Shown one piece after another: positions 49,782-57,599 of a stretch of 64,000 nt of DNA. The notes beneath the pieces are model-generated. The model worked only from the letters and a program-made list of their open reading frames with translations, was not told the origin of the DNA and made no database searches. The translations under genes and the position numbers were made by a program. Every line of letters starts with the position of its first letter. The stretch's first letter is position 1. This DNA is from Mycobacteriales bacterium (lineage in GTDB: Bacteria > Actinomycetota > Actinomycetes > JAFAQI01). Where the stretch lies: assembly GCA_036267755.1 (NCBI GenBank), contig DATAVK010000056.1, positions 1,989-65,988 of the forward strand. Direction: 5' to 3'.

Positions 49782-50812
49782 GGCCGGGCCGACTCCTCGT
49801 GCACCAGGTCGACCAGCCGGGCCAGGACGTCGGGGTCGGTGTCGGGCAGCACGCCGTGCCCCAGGTTGAACACATGCCCGGCCTTCAGGGCGGTCGCGGC
49901 GCGGAGCACCTCGCGGGCCCGCTCAGCAACGACCGGCCAGGGCGCGAACAGGCTCGCCGGGTCCAGGTTGCCCTGCAGCCCGGTGCCCGCGGGCACCCGT
50001 TCGGCGGCGGCGTCGAGCGGGACCCGCCAATCGACGCCGACGACGTCGGCTCCGGCCGAGGCCATCAGGCCGAGCAGCTCGCCGGTGTCCACCCCGAAGT
50101 GGATCTTGGGCACGCCGGTGACCGAGCCGAGGACCCGGCTGCTGTGCGGCAGGACGTAGCGCTCGTAGTCGGCTGCCGACAGCGATCCGGCCCAGGAGTC
50201 GAACAGCTGCACCGCGCTCACCCCGGCCTCGACCTGCACCCGCAGGAACGTGATGGCGATGTCCGCGAGCCGTTCGGCGAGCGCATGCCAAGTGCTCTCA
50301 TCGCCGTACATCAACGCCTTGGTCCTGACGTGGTCGCGGCTCGGGCCGCCCTCGATCAGGTACGACGCGAGAGTGAATGGCGCGCCGGCGAAGCCGATCA
50401 GCGGCGTCGGGCCGAGGTCGGCGGTCAGCAGCTTGATCGCGTCGGCGACCGGTGCCACCGCCTGCGGGTCCAGCGCGGGGACCCGGTCGAGGTCGGCGGC
50501 TCGGCGTACCGGTTCGGCGACCACCGGACCCACGCCCGGCGTGATGTCGAGGTCGACGCCGGCCGCCTTGACCGGAACCATGATGTCGCTGAAGAGGATC
50601 GCGGCGTCCACGCCGTACCGGCGTACCGGCTGCATCGTGAACTCGTGCACCAGGTCGGGCCGCAGGCACGACTCCAGCATCGCCACGCCCTCGCGGAGCT
50701 TGCGATACTCCGGCAGCGCGCGGCCCGCCTGCCGCATGAACCAGACGGGAGTGTGCGGAACCGGCTCCCCGCGGCAGGCACGCAGAAACGCGCTGTCGCG
50801 CAGATCGGTCAT
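49778..50812 (-). CDS. hemE: Uroporphyrinogen decarboxylase
   Basis: 344 aa with the motifs [10 protein letters not shown] and FDSWAGSLS. Confidence 0.95.
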   Translation of the reverse strand: MTDLRDSAFLRACRGEPVPHTPVWFMRQAGRALPEYRKLREGVAMLESCLRPDLVHEFTMQPVRRYGVDAAILFSDIMVPVKAAGVDLDITPGVGPVVAEPVRRAADLDRVPALDPQAVAPVADAIKLLTADLGPTPLIGFAGAPFTLASYLIEGGPSRDHVRTKALMYGDESTWHALAERLADIAITFLRVQVEAGVSAVQLFDSWAGSLSAADYERYVLPHSSRVLGSVTGVPKIHFGVDTGELLGLMASAGADVVGVDWRVPLDAAAERVPAGTGLQGNLDPASLFAPWPVVAERAREVLRAATALKAGHVFNLGHGVLPDTDPDVLARLVDLVHEESARP

Positions 50813-50885
50813 CCCTCGAGTATCGCTGGGGGCAGATCCGGCGTGGCAGCCAGGAACTGTCCGAGCACCGTGTCAGCCTTTGATC

Positions 50886-51065
50886 ATGACCACGATTTAC
50901 TGCCCCACCTGTCGCGACCAGCGTCCGGTCGAGCAGCCACCGTGCGTCGACGGTCATGTCGACTGCCCGGAGTGGATCTGCCTGGACTGCGACACCGTCA
51001 TCGTCGCCGGGTGGAGCGTCACCGACGCGCCGCGCCGAGTCCGACGCCTTGTCCACGCGGCCTGA
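50886..51065 (+). CDS. Putative 59-aa zinc-ribbon protein (embedded in the tail of artefactual track ORF 50250-51065)
   Basis: Sequence MTTIYCPTCRDQRPVEQPPCVDGHVDCPEWICLDCDTVIVAGWSVTDAPRRVRRLVHAA. It has a CPxC ... CPxxxCxxC arrangement and strong third-position G/C bias. It occupies an otherwise empty 270-bp gap. No clear SD is present. Confidence 0.4.
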   Translation: MTTIYCPTCRDQRPVEQPPCVDGHVDCPEWICLDCDTVIVAGWSVTDAPRRVRRLVHAA

Positions 51066-51084
51066 GCCGGCCCTCTCGGACTGA

Positions 51085-51942
51085 TCAGCCCCCCGACGCG
51101 ATCAGCACCACTCCGGCGATCGCTCCCGTCACGCCGATCAGTTGCACCTTGCCGAGCCGTTCACCGTGCTGCACGGCCGCGAGCACGGCCGTCATCGCCG
51201 GGTACAGCGAGGAAAGCACCGAGACCAGGGCCAGCAGGCCGTGGTGCGTCGCGATGGCGAACAGCGCGTTGGCGCCGACGTCGAGAACCCCTATGACGGC
51301 CAGCAGCGGCAAGTCGCGGGTCACCACGCGCAGCGAGATCCGGGTCAAGAAAGCGGCGGCGAGAAGCACCACGAGGCTGATCAACCGCATGACCAGCAGC
51401 GTCATCACGGTGCTCGACCGGGCCCCGTGGTCGAGCGCCACGAACACCAGCCCGAAGCCCACCGCCGCGACACCTGCGAGAAGCAGCGGCTGCAACGAGG
51501 TACGTCGGGATCCGGCAGCCGCATCGGATCCGACCCGCAGTTCCGGTCCGCTGGCGAGCACGACGCCGAAGATCGCGACCGCGAGGCCGAGGTCCTGCAG
51601 CACGCTGGGCCGGTCACCCGCGGCGACTCCTGCGAAAACCGGAAGCGCCACTCCGAGCGCGGCGATCGGGGCGACCACTCCCATCGTGCCGGTCGCGAGG
51701 GCGCGGTAGAACGCGACGATGCCGAGCATCCCGGCCAGCCCGCCGAGCACCGCCCACGGTAGGTAGCCGGTCGGCGCGGCAAAGCCGCCCACCGCCACGG
51801 CGATCACCAGCAGCGGAACCAGCTCCGCCCCCTCGCTCCAGATCACAACCGTTACGGGGGGCAGCCGGCGTGACGCCGTGCCGCCAAGGAAGTCAGCGGT
51901 CCCCCAGAGGGCGCTCGACAGCAGCGCCAGGACCAGACCCAC
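51085..51942 (-). CDS. EamA/DMT-family transporter
   Basis: 285 aa with ten TM helices arranged as two EamA repeats. Confidence 0.85.
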   Translation of the reverse strand: MGLVLALLSSALWGTADFLGGTASRRLPPVTVVIWSEGAELVPLLVIAVAVGGFAAPTGYLPWAVLGGLAGMLGIVAFYRALATGTMGVVAPIAALGVALPVFAGVAAGDRPSVLQDLGLAVAIFGVVLASGPELRVGSDAAAGSRRTSLQPLLLAGVAAVGFGLVFVALDHGARSSTVMTLLVMRLISLVVLLAAAFLTRISLRVVTRDLPLLAVIGVLDVGANALFAIATHHGLLALVSVLSSLYPAMTAVLAAVQHGERLGKVQLIGVTGAIAGVVLIASGG

Positions 51943-52030
51943 TGGGCGCAGCCTAGGTGCCCGCGACGACAGGCCGTCTGGTCACGGACGGTCGCGTGTC
52001 GCAGCCGGACGCCGCCATCCGGCGCCTACA

Positions 52031-52630
52031 GTGACGAACGTGTCTGTGGATCTGTCCACACCGACCGACCTGCCGCCGGCCTTTCGGTCGGCCCTGGACG
52101 GCCTGGCGGCGGTCGAGCTGCGACCGGAGCTCGTAGTCCGCGAGCTGCCGGCGCCGCAGCGTCTCGCGCCGTTCGCCGTCGCGCTGCACGCTGCCGCCGT
52201 GGTCGGCGACGAGGAGCTCGCGGAGGGCCGGCTGGTCCTGCTCCACGATCCCGACGGGCAGGACGTGTGGGCCGGGGACACCCGCTGCGTGGCCTACATC
52301 CAGGCCGACGTCGAGGTCGAGATGGCGAACGATCCGATGCTGCTCGGGGTCGGGTGGGCCTGGCTGACCGAAGCGCTGCAGAGCGCAGAGGCGCAGTACG
52401 CCGCCGAAGGCGGCACGGTGACTCGGACCACGTCGGAGCGGTTCGGGGCGCTCACCGACCACCCGGTCTCCTGTGACATCGAGATCCGCGCGTCCTGGTC
52501 ACCGATCGGTGACCTCGGCCCTCACATGGTCGCGTTCGGCGAGGTGCTGTGCGTGGCTGCCGGCCTGCCGCCGATGCCGCCTGGCGTCGTGCCGATCCCG
52601 TCCCGTCGGCTCAGCCGGCGGGTTCGCTGA
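52031..52630 (+). CDS. DUF3000 domain protein (Rv2680-like)
   Basis: Starts at GTG 52031 (VTNVSVDLSTPTDLPPAFRSAL...). The pattern ELPAPQRLAPFAVAL...GRLVLLHDPDGQ..W is typical of the family. An alternative GTG lies at 52040. Confidence 0.75.
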   Translation: MTNVSVDLSTPTDLPPAFRSALDGLAAVELRPELVVRELPAPQRLAPFAVALHAAAVVGDEELAEGRLVLLHDPDGQDVWAGDTRCVAYIQADVEVEMANDPMLLGVGWAWLTEALQSAEAQYAAEGGTVTRTTSERFGALTDHPVSCDIEIRASWSPIGDLGPHMVAFGEVLCVAAGLPPMPPGVVPIPSRRLSRRVR

Positions 52631-53621
52631 CCGGAGCGCTGAGATGCCCGGCCAATACCCCGGCCGGTGGGACCGACATCCGCGGTAGCCGCAAGGTCAG
52701 CGTCGTACCCCCGAGCCGCCAGGCGGCCACCTCGAGCGAGCCACCGGCGAGCCGCGCCCGTTCCCGGAGCAACCCGAGACCGACGTGCCGGCCGCCCTCC
52801 GACCGTACGGCGAGCGGGTCGAAGCCCACCCCATCGTCGGAGACCACGGCGATCACGTCTTCGGAGTCGACCCGCAGCGTCGCGCTCGCCACGTCGACGT
52901 CGGCGTGCTTCACGACGTTGAGCATGGCCTCCTGGAAAAACCGGTAGACCGTCACCGCGGTGACGAGCGGGAGCGGGTAGGGGTCGGTCGGCCAGCCGAG
53001 CCGGACCTCCAGCCCGTAGCGGTTGCGCAGGTCGTCGCGCAACGCCGACACCGCAGCCGCGAGGTCACCGTCGCGCAGCGCGGGCGGCCGGGTCCGGGCC
53101 ATGACGGCGCGCACCTGTTCCTCTGCCTCGGCGATGAGCTCGCCGGCACGTGCTGCGGACTCCGCGGTGAAGGTGTCGAGCATCATCCGGGCCGTGTTCA
53201 GTGACTGCGCCACGGTGTCGTGCAGTTCCGCCGCCAACTGCCCCCGCGCGCCTTCTTCGGCTGCGACGAGACCCGACAGCAGTTCGAAGACGCCGGCGCT
53301 GGCATTCTCCGCCGTACGCCGGTGATGCTCGGCGGCGTCGTCGGCCATCCGGACCCGCAGCGCGAGGGCGTCGACGGTCCGGGCCTGGCCGCGGATCCGC
53401 CGCCACAGCCGGGTGGCGACCACGGCGGCCGCGGCGGCCAGCAGACCCAGCACCACGGCGGCAGGCGCTCCGTCGAGGACCACCTGCCAGACCGGTGCGG
53501 TCGTACGGCCGGTGCCGCGCAGCAGCGCCGCCGCGACAGCGAGCACGCAACTGCTCGCCGCCAGCGTCATCAGCACGACGAGCGCGGCGACCGAAGCGGC
53601 CCGGGCCTTTGTCAGTGTCAC
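52611..53621 (-). CDS. Sensor histidine kinase, HisKA_3/NarX-type, intramembrane-sensing architecture
   Basis: The H-box is AAELHDTVAQSL, the N-box is QEAMLNVVKHA, and the G-boxes are DDGVGF and GLGLLRERA. It has two TM helices separated by a very short loop. The start is set at GTG 53621 (GTGA overlap); the track start is 53660. Confidence 0.88.
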   Translation of the reverse strand: MTLTKARAASVAALVVLMTLAASSCVLAVAAALLRGTGRTTAPVWQVVLDGAPAAVVLGLLAAAAAVVATRLWRRIRGQARTVDALALRVRMADDAAEHHRRTAENASAGVFELLSGLVAAEEGARGQLAAELHDTVAQSLNTARMMLDTFTAESAARAGELIAEAEEQVRAVMARTRPPALRDGDLAAAVSALRDDLRNRYGLEVRLGWPTDPYPLPLVTAVTVYRFFQEAMLNVVKHADVDVASATLRVDSEDVIAVVSDDGVGFDPLAVRSEGGRHVGLGLLRERARLAGGSLEVAAWRLGGTTLTLRLPRMSVPPAGVLAGHLSAPVSEPAG

Positions 53622-55027
53622 GACGACAGGACTCCGGTTGTCGTCCAGTCGGTGGCCCACCAGGTGCTCGTCTCCTGCGCACCGGTCGGCGCGTGGCGGC
53701 CGAGGTCAGGCTCCGCGGCGAGCGCGATCGCGCCGAGCAGCGACGCCACGGCCCGCTCGACGGCGTACAGCTCGTCGACGATCTCGTGGACCGATGCCGG
53801 GCCGTCGGTCGCTGCCAGCCGGGCCAGCCGGTTCGCCGACTCGCGCAGCGTGACGAGCGACGGGGCGGTATCGGCGCCGATGTCACCGAGCGCGCGGGCG
53901 GCGTCCTCGGCGGCCTCGGCGTGCGCCAGCGCCTCATCCCGCGACGCCGCGAGCTCGGCGATCGACAACCAGGACTCTGCCTGCTGCTTGAGGACGTCGG
54001 CCAGCTGCGCCTCGCGACGGCCGAAGCCCACCGAGCCGGTCGCTCGCCGAGCAACCAGGACCGCCAGCGGCTCATCGGATCGCCCGAGCACTGTCGAGAT
54101 CCACGGCTGGCCGTTGTCAGTCCCGACCGCGACGCCGTCGCCGCCGAGCGCTCGAAGCACCCAGGGCGTGTCCAGCGCCTCGCGTTCGACCCGCCGCCGG
54201 GTCAGGCCATGGCCGTCCCCGCCGTAGTGGACCGGGCCATCCCCGGCCATCAGCACCATCTCGACGTCGTCGCTGCCGAACAGCCGGGCGGCGGCAGTCA
54301 GCACGACCTGGGCGGAGACGTCCACTGACCGGCCGCTGGCGCGCTCCTGCAGCCGGGCCAGCTCGGCGTAGAGCTGGGCCTCGGCGGCCCGGGAGGTCTG
54401 CTCGTCGTAGGAGATCCAGAGCAGCAGCAGCGGGACGACCAACGCCAGCAATCCGATGGGCGCGTTCGTCGCGAGCCATGCCGCGAGGATGCCCAGGCCC
54501 GAGGTGCCGAAGGAGTTCACGGCGGCGAGCGGCGCGCTGGCCCACAGCAGCGCCAGCAGCCGCTGGTTGGTCATGATCGACACCGCCTGCGCGATGAGCA
54601 GGTTGTTGGCGAGCCAGAACACGCCCATGCCGCCAACGGCGCCCCAGATGCCGCCACCGACCAGGCTGGCGAAGCCGGCGCCGAGCGCGGTTGCGGCCGC
54701 GAACTGGGCGACGTTGAACTGCAGCTTGAGCGGCTCCTGCCGGCGGATCAGCTGGGCGGCAGTCACGCCGACCGCGACCGACGCGATCGACCAGGCGTAC
54801 GGCGAGTGCACGAAGGCGATGGCGATCGCCGCTTCGGTCAGGCTGAACGTCCAGCGCTGGCGACCGAAGGAGAGGTGGACGACCGCGACCTCGGTGATGA
54901 CGACCGCCGCGACGAGCAGGGGTACGGCGTACCAGGCGGGTGAGTGCCAGCCGATGCACGCGCCGATGATGACGGCAGCCGCCGCGGCCACCGCCCCAAT
55001 CAGTCGGATCTTCAGGGGCGAACTCAT
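53618..55027 (-). CDS. Polytopic membrane protein with cytoplasmic GAF-like domain and helical tail; no recognisable output domain
   Basis: 469 aa. The first roughly 210 aa hold 6-7 TM helices. A GAF-like segment follows (VLTAAARLFGSDDVEMVLMAG...PLAVLVARRATGSVGFGRREAQLADVLKQQAESWL), then an Ala-rich helical C-terminus. It has an ATGA overlap with the upstream S8 gene. Confidence 0.7.
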   Translation of the reverse strand: MSSPLKIRLIGAVAAAAAVIIGACIGWHSPAWYAVPLLVAAVVITEVAVVHLSFGRQRWTFSLTEAAIAIAFVHSPYAWSIASVAVGVTAAQLIRRQEPLKLQFNVAQFAAATALGAGFASLVGGGIWGAVGGMGVFWLANNLLIAQAVSIMTNQRLLALLWASAPLAAVNSFGTSGLGILAAWLATNAPIGLLALVVPLLLLWISYDEQTSRAAEAQLYAELARLQERASGRSVDVSAQVVLTAAARLFGSDDVEMVLMAGDGPVHYGGDGHGLTRRRVEREALDTPWVLRALGGDGVAVGTDNGQPWISTVLGRSDEPLAVLVARRATGSVGFGRREAQLADVLKQQAESWLSIAELAASRDEALAHAEAAEDAARALGDIGADTAPSLVTLRESANRLARLAATDGPASVHEIVDELYAVERAVASLLGAIALAAEPDLGRHAPTGAQETSTWWATDWTTTGVLSS

Positions 55028-56583
55028 CCGCCGTCACCCCAGCTCTCGGCGGACCAGGAGCTAGCAGACCACGAGGACGCCGACCATGACGAGGCCGACC
55101 ACGAGCTGGCGGACCACGACGACGCGGACCACGAGGACGCGGACCACGAGCTGGCACTCCACGACGAGGCGGACCACGACGACGCGAGCAGCTGGACCCA
55201 GGAGCCGCCGAGCCAGGAGTGCGCCTGCCAGCGCGCGGCGTCGAACTGTGCCTCACCGGTCGGGTCGGACCGGACGTTGACGCCGCTGGCGTTCTGCCAG
55301 CCGCAGCGGCCACTGTCGCCGCGCGACCCGCGGGAGTCGCCGGCGGTCACGGACCCGGCGCCGGAGCCCCAGCTGCACAGCGGGCTGGCGGAGGTCCGCA
55401 GCCCGGTCTTCACCTGAATCGGACTGGCGCCGGGGTGCTTCGACAGGTACGCCGCGGCCACGCCGCTGGCGACGGCGGTCGCCTCGCTGGTGCCCGAGCC
55501 GACGAACAGGCCGTCTCGGGTCCACGCGGAGGGGTTCTGCTGCGCGATCAGGCTGTGGGGGTCCGTTTCGCCGAGCACGTGCGCGCCGGGGGCCACGACG
55601 TCCGGCTTGACGACGCCGTCGACCAGGCCGCGGCCGGAGAACGACGCGACCGTGGGGTGTGAGCCGCTGAGGTCGCTGGCGCCCACCGTGAGCGACTGCG
55701 GGTCGTCACCCGGGTCGCCGACCTGATCCGAGTTGTTGCCGGCCGACGCGACCACGAGAACACCCGCAGCCCGGACGTGCTCGATGCCTGCGCTGAGCGG
55801 GTCGGCGCCGTACCAGGGCCCGGTCGGGCGCTGGATCGCGAGCGACAGGTTGACGATCTGGATGCCGCGCGCGTGCACGGCGACCCAGTCGAGGCCGGCC
55901 AAGACCTCGGAGAGGCTGGTCACGCCCGCGCCGTTCGCCACCTTGACGACGACGACGTGAGCGGCGGGGGCGATGCCGAGCGCACGCGATCCGCTGCCGG
56001 GGACGACGCCGCCCGCGATCAGCGAGGCCATCATCGTGCCGTGGCCGTAGCCGTCGGTGAACCGTCCCGAGGTGAGCGCGGGACCGCCGGCCGCCAGCTG
56101 GGACACGTCCACGCCGTCGACGAGGCGGCCCGACGCCCGGTTGAGTGCGGGGGTGTCACTGACGCCGGTATCGAGGAGCGCGACCGTGACGCCGGAGCCG
56201 GTTCCCGGCTGGCCGGCGGAGCCACCCACCGCGTCAGCAGCGAGCACGTGATCATCGGAGCGATCGGAGCGGTCACGCCAGCCGGTCACATGGCCGGTCG
56301 CGTCCGGAGCGATCCCGGCGACCCGAGGGTCACGCGACAGCGTGGCGTACGACGAAGCGGGGGCGGTGACGACCTCCGCGTCGACCGCGCGAAGCACCTG
56401 GAGGACCCGGCCCCCGGGTACTCGAAGCGGCAGGTCAGCCGCGGAACGAACACTCACGACCGCGCGAACCTCCGGGCCACGTGGAGCGGCAACGGCCGTT
56501 CCGGTGGCGGCGGTCCCAGCCAACGCTGCAGACGCGGTGAGGACGGCCATGACCGACACGATGGCGGCGCGACGACGCGGCAC
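55024..56583 (-). CDS. Secreted S8 (subtilisin-family) serine peptidase with C-terminal (SSWSA)x9 repeat
   Basis: 519 aa with a signal peptide. The catalytic residues are D (VALLDTGVS), H (GHGTMMASL) and S (GSGTSEATAVASG). The C-terminus consists of W-spaced pentapeptides. Confidence 0.9.
   Translation of the reverse strand: MPRRRAAIVSVMAVLTASAALAGTAATGTAVAAPRGPEVRAVVSVRSAADLPLRVPGGRVLQVLRAVDAEVVTAPASSYATLSRDPRVAGIAPDATGHVTGWRDRSDRSDDHVLAADAVGGSAGQPGTGSGVTVALLDTGVSDTPALNRASGRLVDGVDVSQLAAGGPALTSGRFTDGYGHGTMMASLIAGGVVPGSGSRALGIAPAAHVVVVKVANGAGVTSLSEVLAGLDWVAVHARGIQIVNLSLAIQRPTGPWYGADPLSAGIEHVRAAGVLVVASAGNNSDQVGDPGDDPQSLTVGASDLSGSHPTVASFSGRGLVDGVVKPDVVAPGAHVLGETDPHSLIAQQNPSAWTRDGLFVGSGTSEATAVASGVAAAYLSKHPGASPIQVKTGLRTSASPLCSWGSGAGSVTAGDSRGSRGDSGRCGWQNASGVNVRSDPTGEAQFDAARWQAHSWLGGSWVQLLASSWSASSWSASSWSASSWSASSWSASSWSASSWSASSWSASSWSAESWGDGG
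55048..55182 (-). repeat. Nine in-frame 15-nt tandem units encoding SSWSA
   Basis: The units are identical at the peptide level but vary at synonymous positions. All six Ser codons and three Ala codons occur. Degenerate copies flank the block (ARWQAHSWLGGSW..., ESWGDGG). Confidence 0.95.
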
Positions 56584-56705
56584 GCGGTCTCCCTATGTCT
56601 TGGGCCTGAGGCGACCCACACCCTTCTTCGGCACGTCAGCACCGCGACTTTGCTGGCAAACGGCTCATTAACCCGTTCGGAGTAATGGCCGCTAGGCCGG
56701 ATGCC

Positions 56706-56736
56706 GATGGGCTGGACGGACCAACCAGATGGGCTG
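56706..56736. promoter_or_regulatory. Direct repeat GATGGGCTG (x2, 22-bp period) in the divergent S8/response-regulator control region
   Basis: Exact 9-mers lie at 56706-56714 and 56728-56736, inside the 256-bp intergenic region (56584-56839). This is a candidate regulator binding site. The function is inferred only. Confidence 0.3.
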
Positions 56737-56839
56737 TCGGGCTACAGGAGACGGGCGCTCCGGCCGACACAGTGACTAGGCACCTGCTCCCCGGTGCCCC
56801 ACCGGCCGAAGTGCCGGTTTCTTTAGTCCAGGAGGAACG

Positions 56840-57520
56840 GTGTCCGCACTCGCCGAGCAGACCGCGACGTCGGTCCCCGCTCCCGGGCCAGGCTTCACCG
56901 CCATGGTCGTCGACGACCACCCGTTGGTGCGCGAGTCCATGGTCGCCCGCCTCACCGCGATGGGCGCCCGTGACGTGGCCGAGGCCGCCAGCGTTGCCGA
57001 GGCCCGTGCTCGTGCCCACTCCGGTGGGATCCGCGACCTGTGCGTGCTCGATGTCGGACTCCCGGACGGCTCCGGGCTCGACCTGCTGGGCGACCTGCGC
57101 GCCACCGGCTGGCCCCGCCTCGTCGTGCTCTCGGCGGCCGATGACCCCTACTCCGTCCGCGCGGCCTTCGTTGCCGGCGCGCAGGGCTACCTGCTGAAGT
57201 CCGCCTCACCCCTGGTCGTCGCCGATGGCGTCCGGCGGGTCCTCGACGGCGGCGTATACGCCGATCCGTCCGTCGCCTCCCTGCTCGCCGCCGGCCTGCG
57301 TGGCGGCCCCCAGCAAGACGGCGTCGCGGAGCTGTCCGGCCGCGAGATCGAGGTCCTGCACCTCGTCGCCGACGGTCGCTCCAACAAGGAGATCGGCGAG
57401 ACCCTCGGGCTCTCGGCGCTCACCGTGAAGAGCCACCTGGCTCGGATCGCCCGCAAGCTCGGCACCGGGGATCGCGCCGAAATGGTCGCCATGGCCATGC
57501 GCGCCGGCGTCATCCGCTGA
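56840..57520 (+). CDS. NarL/LuxR-family two-component response regulator
   Basis: GTG 56840 is preceded by AGGAGG. The receiver domain (VVDDHPLVRE.., phospho-acceptor in VLDVGLPDGSG) is followed by a GerE HTH (LSGREIEVLHLVADGRSNKEIGETLGLSALTVKSHLARI). Confidence 0.93.
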   Translation: MSALAEQTATSVPAPGPGFTAMVVDDHPLVRESMVARLTAMGARDVAEAASVAEARARAHSGGIRDLCVLDVGLPDGSGLDLLGDLRATGWPRLVVLSAADDPYSVRAAFVAGAQGYLLKSASPLVVADGVRRVLDGGVYADPSVASLLAAGLRGGPQQDGVAELSGREIEVLHLVADGRSNKEIGETLGLSALTVKSHLARIARKLGTGDRAEMVAMAMRAGVIR

Positions 57521-57599
57521 CCTGAGCGTTCGCCACCCGCTAGCACCCTCCGCAGCGCGCCTCCCCCTGCCCGAGCCCGCCCGGCATTACCGTCTTGGT

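Noticed and set aside
55048-55182. Possible CRISPR-like or minisatellite array (15-bp period).
   Set aside because: There are no spacers and no cas genes. The period is a multiple of 3 and lies in frame inside a CDS. The units differ only at synonymous sites, so this is a coding peptide repeat.
54944-55417. Plus-strand ORF encoding acidic/His repeats (ADHEDADHDEADHELADH...), mirroring the SSWSA repeat.
   Set aside because: It is the reverse complement of the S8 peptidase C-terminus. The minus-strand frame is contiguous with a complete catalytic domain and stop/start coupling to the next gene, so the plus-strand reading is a mirror artefact.
56685-57197. A 170-aa ORF starting in the S8/regulator intergenic region.
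   Set aside because: It overlaps the response-regulator gene out of frame and has Pro/Arg/Ser-rich composition. The regulator frame carries the receiver and GerE motifs and a good SD.
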